A DNA stretch of 64,000 nt, taken from positions 576,001-640,000 of the forward strand of contig CBDAON010000004.1 of NCBI GenBank assembly GCA_965198065.1. The letters are read 5' to 3'. Below, one piece after another: positions 53,068 to 64,000 of the stretch. The notes beneath the pieces were generated by a model. That model saw only the letters and a list, made by a program, of their open reading frames with translations, was not told the origin of the DNA and made no database searches. Within the stretch, counting starts at the first letter, position 1. The number at the start of each line of letters is the position of its first letter. The position numbers were made by a program, and so were the translations under genes. This stretch comes from Longimicrobiales bacterium. GTDB lineage: Bacteria > Gemmatimonadota > Gemmatimonadetes > Longimicrobiales > Gaopeijiaceae.

Positions 53068-53823
53068 TCACTCCCCCTCGGGAACGCGGATCACCCGGTC
53101 CCACATCTCGGGCACGAGCTGATGCCGGTCCTGCGAAGCACAGTACAAAACATCGTCCTGGAGCCCAACCTCCACCAGGGCAACCCCGGCGCCGGTCTGG
53201 AGCAGGAGGTCGGTCGTGGGTTCATGCGCGCGTGCGAGCGCCAGCACCGCTCGAGACGTGTCGTCGCGATCGAGGTCGGAAGACCGGGCCCTCTTGCCCT
53301 TCCTGGCCGGGCCGTCCCCCTCGAGCGCGCGAAGGATCATTCCGGTGCAAAGCGCATCTTCGAGCGAGAACCGGTTCTCCCGTCCCGAGCACACCAGGAC
53401 GAGGCGCTCGGCCCCGGAGACCGCCCGCGCGGCCGCCGAGAGGTTCAGGAGCGACGCAGCGATCACCCGGTCCGCATCCTCGACGGCCAGGAAGGCCCGC
53501 GTCCCGTTGGTGGTGCTCATGACCAGACGTTTCCCCTCGACCCGCTCCGCCGTGAACTCGGCCGGCGAGTTCCCGAGATCGAACCCCTCGACCTTGAGAC
53601 CCTTTCGCTCCCCGCAAAGGAGCGTGTCGTCCCGGCCGAGGGAGTTAGCGAGACGGATCGCTTCCTCGGACGAAATGGTCGGATACACGGCCCGCGCACC
53701 GGCCGCGAGCGCTTCGACGATCGTCGAGGTGGCGCGCAGCACGTCGATCACGACCGCGGTGGAGCCCTCCACCTCACCGGGATCAACCTCCTGCGGGGTG
53801 AGGAACGTGCGGACCCGGGTCAT
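53068..53823 (-). CDS. comB: 2-phosphosulfolactate phosphatase family
   Basis: [24 protein letters not shown]. Confidence 0.9.
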   Translation of the reverse strand: MTRVRTFLTPQEVDPGEVEGSTAVVIDVLRATSTIVEALAAGARAVYPTISSEEAIRLANSLGRDDTLLCGERKGLKVEGFDLGNSPAEFTAERVEGKRLVMSTTNGTRAFLAVEDADRVIAASLLNLSAAARAVSGAERLVLVCSGRENRFSLEDALCTGMILRALEGDGPARKGKRARSSDLDRDDTSRAVLALARAHEPTTDLLLQTGAGVALVEVGLQDDVLYCASQDRHQLVPEMWDRVIRVPEGE

Positions 53824-55193
53824 GCGTGCTCCCCGTCCCGAGAAGGCCCGCGGTCCGCAAGGAATCGCTCGAGGAAGTGGGTGTCCACGTCCCCCTTCTG
53901 GAACGACTCGTTTCCGACGATCTCCTGAAGGAGCGGGATCGTCGTGGATACCCCTTCAATCACGAAAGACCCGAGCGCGTAACGGGATCGAACGAGGGCC
54001 TCCTCGCGGGTCTTCCCGCTCACGATGAGCTTGGCGAGGAGCGAGTCGTAGTACGGCGGCACCCGATACCCGGCGTACACGTGCGTGTCGAGCCTCACAC
54101 CCGGTCCTCCCGGAAGGTGGAAGGTCGTGATGACTCCGGGAGAGGGCTGGAAGTTCCGGTCCGGGTTTTCGGCGTTGATCCGGAACTCCATCGTGTGCCC
54201 CCTCATGGTCAGGGGGCCCTCCGGGAACGACAGATGTTCTCCGGCAGCGACCAGGATCTGCTCCTTCACTAGGTCGAAGCCAGTCGTGACCTCTGTGACG
54301 GGGTGCTCCACCTGGATCCGCGTGTTCATCTCGATGAAGTGGAAGGACCCGTCCGCCTCAAGCAGGAATTCCACGGTCCCCGCGCCCACGTACCCGACGG
54401 CTTCCGCGGCCCTCACCCCGGCATCCCCCATGGTCTCCCTGAGGGCCGGAGTGAGCGCCGGGGATGGCGCCTCTTCGAGGAGCTTCTGGTGGCGGCGCTG
54501 GACGGAGCAGTCGCGCTCGCCCAGGTGCACCACCCTCCCGTGCTGGTCCCCGAACACCTGGATCTCGACGTGCCGGGGGCGGAGGAGGTAGCGCTCGATA
54601 TACACCGCGGAGTCACCGAACACGGCCTGCGCTTCGTTCTGCGCCGCTTGGAAGAGGCGCTCGAAGCTCCTGGGCTCGTGCACCACCCGCATCCCCTTCC
54701 CACCACCCCCGGCCGATGGCTTGATCATCACAGGAAAGCCGATGCGCTCCGCCTCGGCCTCGGCCTCCCGAAGATCGCCAACGAGCCCCCCCGATCCGGG
54801 CACGGTGGGGACCCCCGCGTCCCGCATCGTCTTCCGCGCGGTCGCCTTGTCGCCCATCGCACGGATGTGGTGCGCCGCCGGCCCGATGAACGTGATGTGC
54901 GACCTCGCGCAGATCTCCGCGAACTCCGCGTTCTCGGCCAGAAAGCCGTACCCGGGGTGGATGGCCTCGGCCCCGGTGACCTCCGCCGCCGCGATGATCC
55001 GCGGAATGTTCAGGTACGACTGCGAGGGAGGGGGCGGTCCGATGCACACGTCCTCGTCCGAGAAGCGGACGTGGAGGGACTCGCGGTCGGCCTCGGAGTA
55101 CACCGCGACGGTCGAGACTCCGAGCTCCTGACAGGCACGGATGACCCGGAGGGCGATCTCTCCGCGGTTCGCGACGAGGACTTTCCTGAACAC
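53820..55193 (-). CDS. accC: Acetyl-CoA carboxylase biotin carboxylase
   Basis: [34 protein letters not shown]. Confidence 0.97.
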   Translation of the reverse strand: MFRKVLVANRGEIALRVIRACQELGVSTVAVYSEADRESLHVRFSDEDVCIGPPPPSQSYLNIPRIIAAAEVTGAEAIHPGYGFLAENAEFAEICARSHITFIGPAAHHIRAMGDKATARKTMRDAGVPTVPGSGGLVGDLREAEAEAERIGFPVMIKPSAGGGGKGMRVVHEPRSFERLFQAAQNEAQAVFGDSAVYIERYLLRPRHVEIQVFGDQHGRVVHLGERDCSVQRRHQKLLEEAPSPALTPALRETMGDAGVRAAEAVGYVGAGTVEFLLEADGSFHFIEMNTRIQVEHPVTEVTTGFDLVKEQILVAAGEHLSFPEGPLTMRGHTMEFRINAENPDRNFQPSPGVITTFHLPGGPGVRLDTHVYAGYRVPPYYDSLLAKLIVSGKTREEALVRSRYALGSFVIEGVSTTIPLLQEIVGNESFQKGDVDTHFLERFLADRGPSRDGEHA

Positions 55194-55210
55194 CGGAGGG
55201 GGGCCGCCCG

Positions 55211-55705
55211 CTACGCGGGCTCCACTCGGAAGAGGACCTGACCGTATTCCACGGGCTCGCCATTCTCGACGCACACCTCCCGGATGGTGCCGTCGATCTC
55301 GGACTCGAGCTCGTTCATGAGCTTCATCGCCTCGATGATGCAAAGAGGGTCGCCCTTGGAGACCCGCATCCCAACGTCCGTGAACGGCTCGGACTCCGGG
55401 GTCGGGGACCGAAAGAACGTTCCAACCATGGGCGACTTGATCTCGGCGAGGTTCCCCGCGGGCGACGGGGCGGGCTCCGCGAAAGGGGTCGGGCCCCCGG
55501 ACGACGACGCCCCGGCGGGGGCGGGATGGGCGTGGATGCCCGGGCCCTGAGACGAGGACGCGGGCACCGCCGGCGCCACGATCGGAGAGGGCGAGGGGCT
55601 CCTCGATACTCGGATTCTCGTCCCGCCCCGCTCGATCTCGATGTGGTCCAAGCCGCTCTTGTCGAGCGCCCGCATGAGCTTCTGGAGAAATTCGAGGTCG
55701 ATCAT
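55211..55705 (-). CDS. accB: Biotin carboxyl carrier protein
   Basis: [15 protein letters not shown]. Confidence 0.96.
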   Translation of the reverse strand: MIDLEFLQKLMRALDKSGLDHIEIERGGTRIRVSRSPSPSPIVAPAVPASSSQGPGIHAHPAPAGASSSGGPTPFAEPAPSPAGNLAEIKSPMVGTFFRSPTPESEPFTDVGMRVSKGDPLCIIEAMKLMNELESEIDGTIREVCVENGEPVEYGQVLFRVEPA

Positions 55706-55735
55706 GGAACGACCACTCCCTTGCCGAGGGAGGGA

Positions 55736-56296
55736 TCAGACCCGCTCAAGGTATTTGTCCTCTCGCCGGTCCACCCGGACCACGTCGCCCTCCTCGACGA
55801 AGAGCGGAACCTGGATCACCGCTCCGGTCTCGAGGGTCGCCGGCTTCGTTCCGCCCTGCGCCGTATCGCCTCGAATCCCCGGATCCGTGCGCGTGACGGT
55901 CAGCTCCACGAAGTCCGGAAGCTCGACCGCGATGACGCGATCGTCGTGCACGAGCCCCTCACACTCCATGTTCTCCTTCAGGTACCGGAGCTGATCCTCG
56001 CCGATCAGGTCCCCCGAGATGGGGATCATCTCGAAGGTCTGCTGATCCATGAAGTGGTACAGCTGCCCGTCCGTGTAGCTGTACGTCACGGACCTCCGGA
56101 GAAGCCGCACGGTGGTCACCTTCTCCCCGGCTCGATAGGTCTTCTCTACCACGCGCCCGTTCAGTACGCTCTTCAGCTTCGTCCGGACGAACGCACCCCC
56201 CTTCCCCGGCTTCACGTGCTGAAAGTAAACCATGGTCCAGAGGGTCCCGTCGATATCGAGCACGAGCCCGTTTCGGAAATCTGCCGTTGAGGCCAT
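55736..56296 (-). CDS. efp: Elongation factor P
   Basis: [23 protein letters not shown]. Confidence 0.97.
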   Translation of the reverse strand: MASTADFRNGLVLDIDGTLWTMVYFQHVKPGKGGAFVRTKLKSVLNGRVVEKTYRAGEKVTTVRLLRRSVTYSYTDGQLYHFMDQQTFEMIPISGDLIGEDQLRYLKENMECEGLVHDDRVIAVELPDFVELTVTRTDPGIRGDTAQGGTKPATLETGAVIQVPLFVEEGDVVRVDRREDKYLERV

Positions 56297-56331
56297 GGGG
56301 CGACCGAGCTCGACTCGCTGGAAGATTCCTA

Positions 56332-56769
56332 TCACTGGGCAGCCAGGCGGTGGACCAGCCCGCGGAGCGCTAGAAGATAGCCGTGGACCCCGAATCCAAA
56401 CACCACCCCGGACGCCACGTCGGAAAGGTAGGAATGACGCCGGAAGCGTTCTCTCGCGGCGGGATTGGAGATATGGACCTCGACGAACGGGCAACCGGCC
56501 CCGACCAGCGCGTCGCGGAGCACGACCGACGTGTGCGTGAGCCCGCCGGGGTTCACGAGGAAGCCGTCGACCCGTTCACGGGCCTCGGCTAAGAAGTCCA
56601 CGATCGCGCCCTCGTGGTTGGACTGGAAAGTCTCGATCTCGACCTCAAGTTCGGCGGCCAGCCGGGCGAGCGCGCGGTTGACGTCGTCCAGGGTCTCCCG
56701 CCCGTAGACCTCGGGCTCGCGGCTTCCCAGGAGCTGGAGGTTCGGGCCGTGCACCATCGCGATCCTCAT
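56332..56769 (-). CDS. aroQ: Type II 3-dehydroquinate dehydratase
   Basis: GPNL..LG.REP..YG, QSNHEG, EVHISN. Confidence 0.96.
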   Translation of the reverse strand: MRIAMVHGPNLQLLGSREPEVYGRETLDDVNRALARLAAELEVEIETFQSNHEGAIVDFLAEARERVDGFLVNPGGLTHTSVVLRDALVGAGCPFVEVHISNPAARERFRRHSYLSDVASGVVFGFGVHGYLLALRGLVHRLAAQ

Positions 56770-56814
56770 GGGGTGACCCTCATGGGCGAAGGAACGATCA
56801 CGGCGGGCTCCCGT

Positions 56815-57906
56815 TCACGGCTCGAGGCTGGACAACCAGGACTGGAAGTCGTCCAGATCGTTTTCGTCCGCGGGGCCCTCGCTCGAGCGGTCGGCGGCGG
56901 ACGCGGCTTCGTGCTCCGAAGCCGGCCTCTCGTCCTCCGGGTCCGCGACCGCCGCGGCCGCCGGCACCTCGGGACTCGGGGCCAGCGACTCGATGGGAAC
57001 CGCCCCCTCGATCTTCTCGCCCCGAGCAGGGGCGAGGGATTCGATCGGGACGGCTCCCGGAACCCAGGCAAGGAGGTCTCCCAGGTAAGCCGAGATCGAG
57101 CGAGCCGCGGGAGCCAGCGGCCCCTTCGCGGACGCTGGGACCTCCCGTTGGACCTCGGCCGCGACCTCCTTCGAGCCCCGCAGCTCTTCCAGACGAGCCG
57201 ACAGAGCCCCGTCCTCCGGGTTCGTGGCCGCCAGTTGCTCATACACCTCGATGGCCCGGTCCACGAGCCCCTGCCTCGCGTAGAGGTCACCCATCGTCCG
57301 GGTCTGGAGGACGCGATCGTCGGCGACCGGGGCGGGGGCCGGATCCCACTCCTCCTCCTGCTCGGCGTCGGGCTCTGGCACGACCGCGATCTCCTCCACC
57401 CCAAGCTCGTCCGTCGCGACCGCAGCTGCGGGCTCGGCCTCGTGGTCGAGCTCGAGGTCCACCCCTTCCCCTCGAGCCGGCTCTGCCTCCATTTGTTCCA
57501 GCGCCTGGGAGAGGAGGTGCTCGGCCTCCCCATGCTTAGGCTCGAGGCGGAGCACCTCACGAAGATCGGTGAGCCCCGCCTCCCTGGCCCCGGAGGAAAG
57601 TGCGAGCTGCGAGCGCTCGAGCAGGGCCGTTACGTTCTCGGGGTCCAGCTCGATCACGCGATCCAGGTGCGCCCCGGCCGCTCTCCGATCGCCGCGATCC
57701 CGAGCCACCAGAGCCGCGACCAGATGTCCGGACGTGAAGTCGGGATGCCGCTCCACTCCGTCTTCCACAATCGACTGGGCTTCCTCAAGATCGCCCCGCC
57801 GACGGTACGCATCCGCAAGCGGCGCGAACGCGCGACCACTCGGGTCCCGCGCCGACCAGTCCTGGTTCCGGAGGAGCCGGATCTGCCGGTCGAGCGAATC
57901 TGACAC
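56815..57906 (-). CDS. TPR-repeat protein with acidic linker
   Basis: FAPLADAYRR TPRs; TRTMGDLYARQG; C-terminal DDFQSWL. Confidence 0.8.
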   Translation of the reverse strand: MSDSLDRQIRLLRNQDWSARDPSGRAFAPLADAYRRRGDLEEAQSIVEDGVERHPDFTSGHLVAALVARDRGDRRAAGAHLDRVIELDPENVTALLERSQLALSSGAREAGLTDLREVLRLEPKHGEAEHLLSQALEQMEAEPARGEGVDLELDHEAEPAAAVATDELGVEEIAVVPEPDAEQEEEWDPAPAPVADDRVLQTRTMGDLYARQGLVDRAIEVYEQLAATNPEDGALSARLEELRGSKEVAAEVQREVPASAKGPLAPAARSISAYLGDLLAWVPGAVPIESLAPARGEKIEGAVPIESLAPSPEVPAAAAVADPEDERPASEHEAASAADRSSEGPADENDLDDFQSWLSSLEP

Positions 57907-58004
57907 GCTGGATCCCTCCGGGACGGGAGCGGTATCAACCGAGGAGAGGCCCCCGGGGAGCGGCTGCGAGAATGCGATCCGGGCAACCCGAGACGGCGTG
58001 GTCG

Positions 58005-58034
58005 AAGATATGGACGGGCTGGAAAGGGTGTCAA
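58005..58034 (-). promoter_or_regulatory. Putative sigma70 promoter of TPR-aroQ-efp-accBC operon
   Basis: TTGACA-N18-TATCTT. Confidence 0.5.
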
Positions 58035-58188
58035 CGGAACCCCGCCCGAGCGCCGCACCGCTGGTTGAGGAGCCTCAGACTTCCCATTAGCTTTCGCCCG
58101 TTTCACCGAATCCGAAGCCGAACCGACGGGGATCCGTAACCCCCGGGAAGAACCGCGAGCCGGCCCCCCGCCTCAAGGAGCATGCCGT

Positions 58189-60039
58189 ATGCTGATGAAA
58201 CGGATGCGGCAGAACACGAAGATCATCATGCTGGCGACCGCGATCACGTTCGCCGCCCTCATGGTGTTCGAGTGGGGCATGAACGCCAGCGGGCGGAGCG
58301 CGGGGGGTGACCTCGGTCGGGTCGGGCGGTCCGTCGTACGGATCGAGGAATACCAAGTCGTCTACCGGAACCTGTACGACCAGATCCAGCAGTCGCAGGA
58401 GATGCCGATCTCGTCACAGCAGAACCGGGACATCGAGGACATGGCGTGGACTGAGGTCGTGAACCAGGTCCTGATCCTAAACGAGCTCGGGCGCCGAGGG
58501 ATCCGGGTCAGCGACGACGAGATCCGGGAGGCCGCGCTTTACGCCCCCCCCCCGCAGTTCTACACCGAGCCCGCCTTCCTCGATGAGAACGGGCAGTTCG
58601 ACATCCAGCGCTACCAGGCATACCTGAGCCAGGCCGGCCAGGACCCCCTCTTCCTCCAGCAGCTAGAGATGTACTACCGGGAGTCGATTCCCCGAGAGAA
58701 GCTGATGCGACAGGTAACCTCGGGGATCTACGTCTCGGACTGGGAGCTGTGGGAGCGGTGGAAGGCCACGGAGGAGGACTTGGAGGTAACGTATCTATCC
58801 GTGGATCCGGCCAGCCGGATACCGGACTCGGACGTGCCGGTGACGGAGAGTGAGATCGAGCAATACTACCGGGACCACCCTGAGGAGTTCGAGGTGCCTG
58901 CCAGGGCGTCGGTTCGCTTTGCGTTTCTCGACAAGACGCCCACGGCGGCCGATTCCGCCGCCACGCTGGAGCGATCGATCGCGATTCGCGACGAGATCGT
59001 GAACGGCGGTGACTTCGCCGAGATCGCGGCGCGGGAGAGCGCTGACGCCGTCAGCGCCGCGGCGGGGGGATCCCTGGGGACGGTCGAGCAGGGCTTCCTC
59101 CTGCCCCAACTCGACTCCCTCGCCTTCTCTCTTCCAATCGGCGAGGTGAGCGAGCCGACGCTCACGTTGGCCGGACATCACCTCCTCGAGGTCGTTTCCA
59201 GAGAGGACGGCCAGGCCGAGCCGAGGCACATCCTGATCCCGATCCGGCGTACCCCCAACTCGGATCTCGCCCTCCTAGTGCTCGCCGACTCACTTGAGTC
59301 CCTGGGGCTGGGGCGCACGGTACAGGCGGCCGCCGCCCAGCTCGGGCTCCAGGTACAGGAGGCCGTGATCACGGACGAGTTTGCCGTGCTCCCTAGCGTA
59401 GGGAATGCCGGCGAGGCCCAGGACTGGACGTTCGTAGACCAGGAGGGGGTGGGCGCGGTGAGCCCCGTCTTCGAGAACGAGACGGCGTTTTACATGGTCG
59501 AGATCCTCACCGTCGACCCGGCGGGCTCCCGCACGCTGGAGGAGGCTTCAGCCACGATCGAGCAGAGGCTCCGGCAGGAGCAGAAAGTGCGGCGGATCCT
59601 CCAGGAAGCAGGGCCCTGGGCCGGTGAGCTCCGCGGTGGAAGCACGACGATAGAGGAGCTCGCCGAGCGGCTAGGACTCGACGCCGTGCTGGTGGGCCCG
59701 TTCAGTCGGGAGGACTTCGTACCGGGTCTCGGCCAGGCGACGGCCGCGGTCGGGGCGTCCTTCGGCGTGGACGTCGGCGAGCACGCCGGTCCGGTCGTGG
59801 CTAACGACCGGGTGATCCTCCTTCGCGTGGACCTGAAGATGCCGGCAGATTCGGCGGCGTGGGAAGTGCAGAAGGTGACCCAGCGGACCCAGCTCACCCA
59901 GGAAATCCGCCAGAACCGCCTCGTCGAGTGGCTCGCCGGGCTCAGGGAGACCACTGGGATCATCGACAACCGGGAAGCCTACTTCCAGCTCGCCGAGGAG
60001 CAGGCACAGAACCCGATGCAGCTCCCGCCGGTCTTCTGA
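58189..60039 (+). CDS. PpiD/SurA-type periplasmic folding chaperone (parvulin)
   Basis: N-terminal TM, SurA_N region, DFAEIA..ES.D..SA..GG.LG. Confidence 0.87.
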   Translation: MLMKRMRQNTKIIMLATAITFAALMVFEWGMNASGRSAGGDLGRVGRSVVRIEEYQVVYRNLYDQIQQSQEMPISSQQNRDIEDMAWTEVVNQVLILNELGRRGIRVSDDEIREAALYAPPPQFYTEPAFLDENGQFDIQRYQAYLSQAGQDPLFLQQLEMYYRESIPREKLMRQVTSGIYVSDWELWERWKATEEDLEVTYLSVDPASRIPDSDVPVTESEIEQYYRDHPEEFEVPARASVRFAFLDKTPTAADSAATLERSIAIRDEIVNGGDFAEIAARESADAVSAAAGGSLGTVEQGFLLPQLDSLAFSLPIGEVSEPTLTLAGHHLLEVVSREDGQAEPRHILIPIRRTPNSDLALLVLADSLESLGLGRTVQAAAAQLGLQVQEAVITDEFAVLPSVGNAGEAQDWTFVDQEGVGAVSPVFENETAFYMVEILTVDPAGSRTLEEASATIEQRLRQEQKVRRILQEAGPWAGELRGGSTTIEELAERLGLDAVLVGPFSREDFVPGLGQATAAVGASFGVDVGEHAGPVVANDRVILLRVDLKMPADSAAWEVQKVTQRTQLTQEIRQNRLVEWLAGLRETTGIIDNREAYFQLAEEQAQNPMQLPPVF

Positions 60040-60144
60040 GCGCGGCGGGAGCCGGTTGCGGCGCGGACCGTAAACTCCTGATTGGTCGAGGCCGCCCGGC
60101 CTCCTCGACGAACGCACCGCCCGGTGCGTCCGCGCTCAAACTCT

Positions 60145-60435
60145 CTACTGGCTGGTCGTAAGGCGACGGGGCTCCCCGTCTCCTTCCTCATCCTTCTCGT
60201 CTTCCTTGTCGTCCTCCGCCTTCGGCGCCTCGACCTCCTCCTGCGGGTGAGGCTTCGGTTTGGGCTGCTCCGGTGGAAGCTTCAGCTCGCCCTCGATGTC
60301 GCGGAGCGAGCCCTTGAACTCGCGGATGCCCCGTCCGAGGGACGACCCGATCTCCGGAATGCGCTTGGCGCCGAAGAGCAGCAGGATGACCGTGAAGATG
60401 AGGATGAGCTCCCACATGCTGAGTCCACCAAACAT
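60145..60435 (-). CDS. tatA: Twin-arginine translocase TatA/E
   Basis: ELILI..LLFGAK.IPE.G.SLG.GIREFK. Confidence 0.93.
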   Translation of the reverse strand: MFGGLSMWELILIFTVILLLFGAKRIPEIGSSLGRGIREFKGSLRDIEGELKLPPEQPKPKPHPQEEVEAPKAEDDKEDEKDEEGDGEPRRLTTSQ

Positions 60436-60457
60436 GGTTCAGCCTCCCATCGCCGAG

Positions 60458-60742
60458 TCAGATCCAAGATCTCGCCACAAGGGCGACGATCCCGACCCCC
60501 ACGAGCGTGAGCACGTTGATCGTGAGCACGAGAGGACCCAGCGTGATCCCCACCGCCACCAGATCGAGCTCGAACGGGCCCACGGACGCAGATACCGAGT
60601 AGGTAAGGAAGCTCCGTGGGGCTCCTTCGGGCAGGAACCTCTCGGACAGCTCCGTGAAGAGGCCACCTAGGAACAGCCCCAACACCAGCGTCCAGATCGC
60701 GCGCGAGCGATCACGGTGCCGTTGGTCTAGGAGCGTGCTCAC
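60458..60742 (-). CDS. Small membrane protein (DUF4321-like)
   Basis: Two hydrophobic segments around DL..V.ITLG...IN. Confidence 0.7.
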   Translation of the reverse strand: MSTLLDQRHRDRSRAIWTLVLGLFLGGLFTELSERFLPEGAPRSFLTYSVSASVGPFELDLVAVGITLGPLVLTINVLTLVGVGIVALVARSWI

Positions 60743-60815
60743 CCGGGGACCGCTTCCAAATGTAACGGCCCGTAGGACGTACGATGAACCCCCCGGTCAG
60801 GGCCCACGCCGCCGT

Positions 60816-61823
60816 TCATCGGGAGCGCTCCACCGCGTAGGTCATCGCGTCCCCGAGGGCCGCCACGGCCTCCCCTCCCTCCGGAATCTCCTCCAGAGCC
60901 GCGCCCGCCAGGCTCGCGTAGCTCCTCGCGCGGCCCCGGGCATAGTCGAGGCCGCCGGCATCTCGCACCAGATCCACGATCTCCGCGATCTCGTCGTCGG
61001 AGGGATCCAGGCGAGTGAAGAACTCGCGAACGAGACTGCGCTCCGACGGGCCGACCCGCCGCAGCGCCTCTACGAGCGGGAGGGTCACCTTTCGCTCGCG
61101 CAGGTCGTGGCCCACCGGCTTTCCCGTTGCCGCCTCGCTCCCCTCGTAGTCGAGGATGTCGTCCGCGATCTGAAAGGCCATCCCGATGGCGTGGCCGAAG
61201 CGGCGAAAGGCCGCGCGGTGCCGGGGCAGGCCCACCAGAGCGCCCATGTCGCACGCGGCCGCCATGAGGGACGCCGTCTTGCAGGCGATGAGCCGGTAGT
61301 AATCCTCCTCCGAGGAGTCCAGGGCGTCGAAGGACACGAGCTGGCGGAGCTCCCCGACGCTCATCTCGTTCGACGCGACCGCGAGCGCTCGAATGGCCTC
61401 GAGGCGTCCGATCCGCGCCAGCTCCGTCACCGACCGCGAGTACAGGAAGTCCCCCGCGATGATCGCGACCTGGTGGTTCCAAAGGTGGTTGACCGTGGGA
61501 AGGCCGCGCCGTAGCACCGAATGGTCTACGGCGTCGTCGTGGACGAGCGTGGCCAGGTGCACCAGCTCTACGACCGCCGCGAGCGGCAGGGCGTCTTCGT
61601 GGGCGGATTCTCCGACCTCGCTCGCGAGCAGGAGCAGGGTGGGGCGGAAGAGCTTCCCCCGAAGCCTCAGGAGGTACTCGTTCAGGGCCTCCTGGTGCTC
61701 GAAATCGGAAAGGATGATCCGGCGGATCTCGTCTCCGACCCGATCCACCCGGTCCTTCACAGGGGCCTGGATCCGTGCCAGCCGGGAGATGGGCCTGGCC
61801 TCCGCGGGGCGCGTCTGGGTCAT
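60816..61823 (-). CDS. Polyprenyl-diphosphate synthase
   Basis: GK.FRP, ATLVHDD..D...RRG, KTA, FQIADD.LD. Confidence 0.94.
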   Translation of the reverse strand: MTQTRPAEARPISRLARIQAPVKDRVDRVGDEIRRIILSDFEHQEALNEYLLRLRGKLFRPTLLLLASEVGESAHEDALPLAAVVELVHLATLVHDDAVDHSVLRRGLPTVNHLWNHQVAIIAGDFLYSRSVTELARIGRLEAIRALAVASNEMSVGELRQLVSFDALDSSEEDYYRLIACKTASLMAAACDMGALVGLPRHRAAFRRFGHAIGMAFQIADDILDYEGSEAATGKPVGHDLRERKVTLPLVEALRRVGPSERSLVREFFTRLDPSDDEIAEIVDLVRDAGGLDYARGRARSYASLAGAALEEIPEGGEAVAALGDAMTYAVERSR

Positions 61824-61833
61824 GAAGGGACGC

Positions 61834-64000
61834 TCACCGGAGGGTCCGGAGTCTCTCGGTCACATCTTTGAAGTTGATGTCGAGCGAGAAGATCTTCTCG
61901 TAGAAATCCCTGGCCGCCGTCGAGTCGCCGATGGATTCGTTTGCCTTTCCGAGGAAGTAGTACACGCCCAGAAGGTCGTCCTCGACCTGGATGGGAAGCT
62001 TCACTCCTCGCTCGAGCGTGCGGATCGCGGCCTGGGCCTCGCCCTTGTCCAGGAAGCACTGCCCAAGCATCTCGAAGGCCGCGAGGCTCTTGGGATCGGC
62101 CCGAAGAGATCGCTGGAACTCCTCGATCGCCTCGTCCAGAAGGCCCATCTCCTTGTACGCCGTTCCCAGATCGTAATGGGACCTCGCGTCGTCCGCGGAG
62201 AGGTTCTCGGAGACCTTGTCCTTGAACTGGGAGAGCATTTTGGCGAAGTCCGCAGCCTCGTCCCCGCTTGGCTCGCCGGCCGCGACGACCCAGCGGGTCG
62301 TCTTCTCCTCGTCCTCGTCCTCGTCCAGGACGAGCGATCCGAGGTCCACGTAGTCCTCTCCCTGCGGGGCGGCCGGCGCTGGCGTCGGCTCGGGGGCAGT
62401 CGGGGGCGCCTCCGGGTGAGGCTCGACCACCTTACCCAGGGCCTGGAGGGCAGTCGGATTGTCCGGGTCGAGCGAGAGGACCTGGCGGAAGACCGCTTCG
62501 GCCTTGAGACGCTTCCCGCTCTTAGAAAGCGCCTCCCCGAGCTCGAGGAAGGACTGGACCAGAAAGGCCTCGTCGCTCGACTGATATGCGTATTCCACGA
62601 GGCGCTGCCGGAGCTCGATCCGGTCCGGGTCCATCTCGAGGAGCTCGCGTACCACGCCGACCGCCTCCCGCACTTCCCCGTTCCGTGCGAAGGCCTGGTG
62701 CCCGTGCTCGAGCGCCTCAGAGGCCCCCGCCTCGTCCCCGGCCGCCAGGAGTGCCCGGCCGAGGAGGCGCCAGCCCTCGGCATCCCCCGGATCCTTCTCC
62801 ACCCGCGCTCGAAGTGTCGCGGCAGGATCGTCAGCAACGGCCGGCTCGGGCGCTTCCTCCACGGCTTCCTCGACGGCCGGCCCGCCCACCTCTTCCTTCT
62901 CTTCCTCCAGCGGCCCACCCGCCTCCTCGATGGCGGCTTCGAGGCGGTCCGACACCCCGGCGGGCTCCATCGCCTCTTCCTCCGGCTCTTCCTCCGCCTC
63001 CTCCTCTCCGAAGGACATGAGCGGAAGGTCGAACCCCGCGTCCACCGCACCCTCCCCCTCCTCGCCCGTCCCGCCGCCCTCCTCGTCGATAACGCCCGCG
63101 AAGGACGGGTCCAGCTCTCCGAGGGTTTCACCGCCGTCGTCCTCGGGTGTTTCGGTCGGGCCGCTCAAAGTGAGCTCCGGGTCGTCGAAGCCCGGGAGCG
63201 GCGAGTCGTCTTCGGGGATCGCGGCGACCAGCTCGGCTTCTTCCTCCTCCGGCGCTTCCGGCTCCGGCTCCACGGGCTCCAACCCGTCTGGATCCGGCGC
63301 GAGGGGCTCCGGCGCTTCCGACTCAGCTCCGCCGGGATCGACCTCCCCGACCGAGATGTCGGCAAACGAGATGTCCTCCGGGGGACTCGCCTCGGGCGGA
63401 GCCTCGGACCCGGCGGCGGCGGGCTCCGGGACTTCGAGGGTCGTGGTCTCGAACCCGGCGAGACCCCCGGCCTCGACCATCCCGACCTCCTCCTCCTCCT
63501 CCTCGGGCTCGATGCTCGGGACCGGCTGCCCGGGGGCGATTTCCCAGACCCGCTCCTGGAGCTCTCGGGCGCGTTCTATCTCTCCTGCCTTGACCAGCAC
63601 CCGGCACGCCTCGGCGAGGTAGCGGACGGCATCCTCCGGCCCATCTCGAAGCACGAGCTGCTCGGCCAGGAAGACACGGACGTCCACGTCCTGCGGCATC
63701 AGCTCGGCGAACTCCCCGAGAGCCGAGAGCGCCTCGTCCACCTTCCCCCTGGCCTGCATCATCTCGGCGTACGTCAGATAGTTCTGACGCGCGTCCACGA
63801 CGAAGCCCTGTTTCGCCCGGATCTGTCCCATACGTAGGAAGGGCTGAGGTCGCGTCGGGTCGTTACGGATGATCTTGCGGCAGACGGCGATGGCGTTGTT
63901 CGGAAGCTCGATCTCGATATAGAGCTCGATCGCGCGCTCGTAGTTCGCCACAGCGCCATCGGCGTCTCCGAGGCGGATCTGGAGATCCCCAACCCTATTG
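61834..64000 (-). CDS. Large TPR protein with acidic linker (5' end beyond window)
   Basis: TPR blocks, HYDLG.AYKEMGL.DEAI; frame stays open to the window edge. Confidence 0.85.
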   Translation of the reverse strand, partial: NRVGDLQIRLGDADGAVANYERAIELYIEIELPNNAIAVCRKIIRNDPTRPQPFLRMGQIRAKQGFVVDARQNYLTYAEMMQARGKVDEALSALGEFAELMPQDVDVRVFLAEQLVLRDGPEDAVRYLAEACRVLVKAGEIERARELQERVWEIAPGQPVPSIEPEEEEEEVGMVEAGGLAGFETTTLEVPEPAAAGSEAPPEASPPEDISFADISVGEVDPGGAESEAPEPLAPDPDGLEPVEPEPEAPEEEEAELVAAIPEDDSPLPGFDDPELTLSGPTETPEDDGGETLGELDPSFAGVIDEEGGGTGEEGEGAVDAGFDLPLMSFGEEEAEEEPEEEAMEPAGVSDRLEAAIEEAGGPLEEEKEEVGGPAVEEAVEEAPEPAVADDPAATLRARVEKDPGDAEGWRLLGRALLAAGDEAGASEALEHGHQAFARNGEVREAVGVVRELLEMDPDRIELRQRLVEYAYQSSDEAFLVQSFLELGEALSKSGKRLKAEAVFRQVLSLDPDNPTALQALGKVVEPHPEAPPTAPEPTPAPAAPQGEDYVDLGSLVLDEDEDEEKTTRWVVAAGEPSGDEAADFAKMLSQFKDKVSENLSADDARSHYDLGTAYKEMGLLDEAIEEFQRSLRADPKSLAAFEMLGQCFLDKGEAQAAIRTLERGVKLPIQVEDDLLGVYYFLGKANESIGDSTAARDFYEKIFSLDINFKDVTERLRTLR

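Noticed and set aside
53068..53823. Coenzyme M biosynthesis implied by comB
   Set aside because: ComB-family phosphatases are widespread alone; no comA/comC/comDE in the window.

Overview
High-GC bacterial chromosome segment. Gene content and order suggest Gemmatimonadota, which is an inference. Positions ~4.1-64 kb are mostly minus-strand housekeeping operons: eno, plsC, thiL, nnr, glyA, dsbD, ldh, rex, rsmA, an rsbU/W/V-like module, coaD, rsmD, recJ, dnaG, mutS2, dnaJ, hrcA, dprA, obgE, a ctpA-like protease, tmk, ino1, prmC, prfA, rpmE, hemL, rimO, lolA, ftsK, accBC, efp, aroQ, a ppiD-like chaperone and tatA. Positions 1-4.0 kb lie 3' of a tRNA-Met and look accessory. They hold (a) a His/Cys-rich exported leader protein ending in NAPP, resembling DUF2946/RAPP arrest peptides, upstream of a His-rich outer-membrane barrel, and (b) a two-gene module bounded by two directly repeated ~40-bp sites with conserved arms and a variable 7-bp centre, with a triple direct repeat between the genes. 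Other points: a perfect Rex operator in front of rex, an ino1 + CDP-alcohol phosphatidyltransferase pair, and frame-disrupting lesions in yqeY, prmA and rimO that may be real or assembly errors. No CRISPR array, integrase or transposase was seen. All family calls come from motif recognition; no database search was run.
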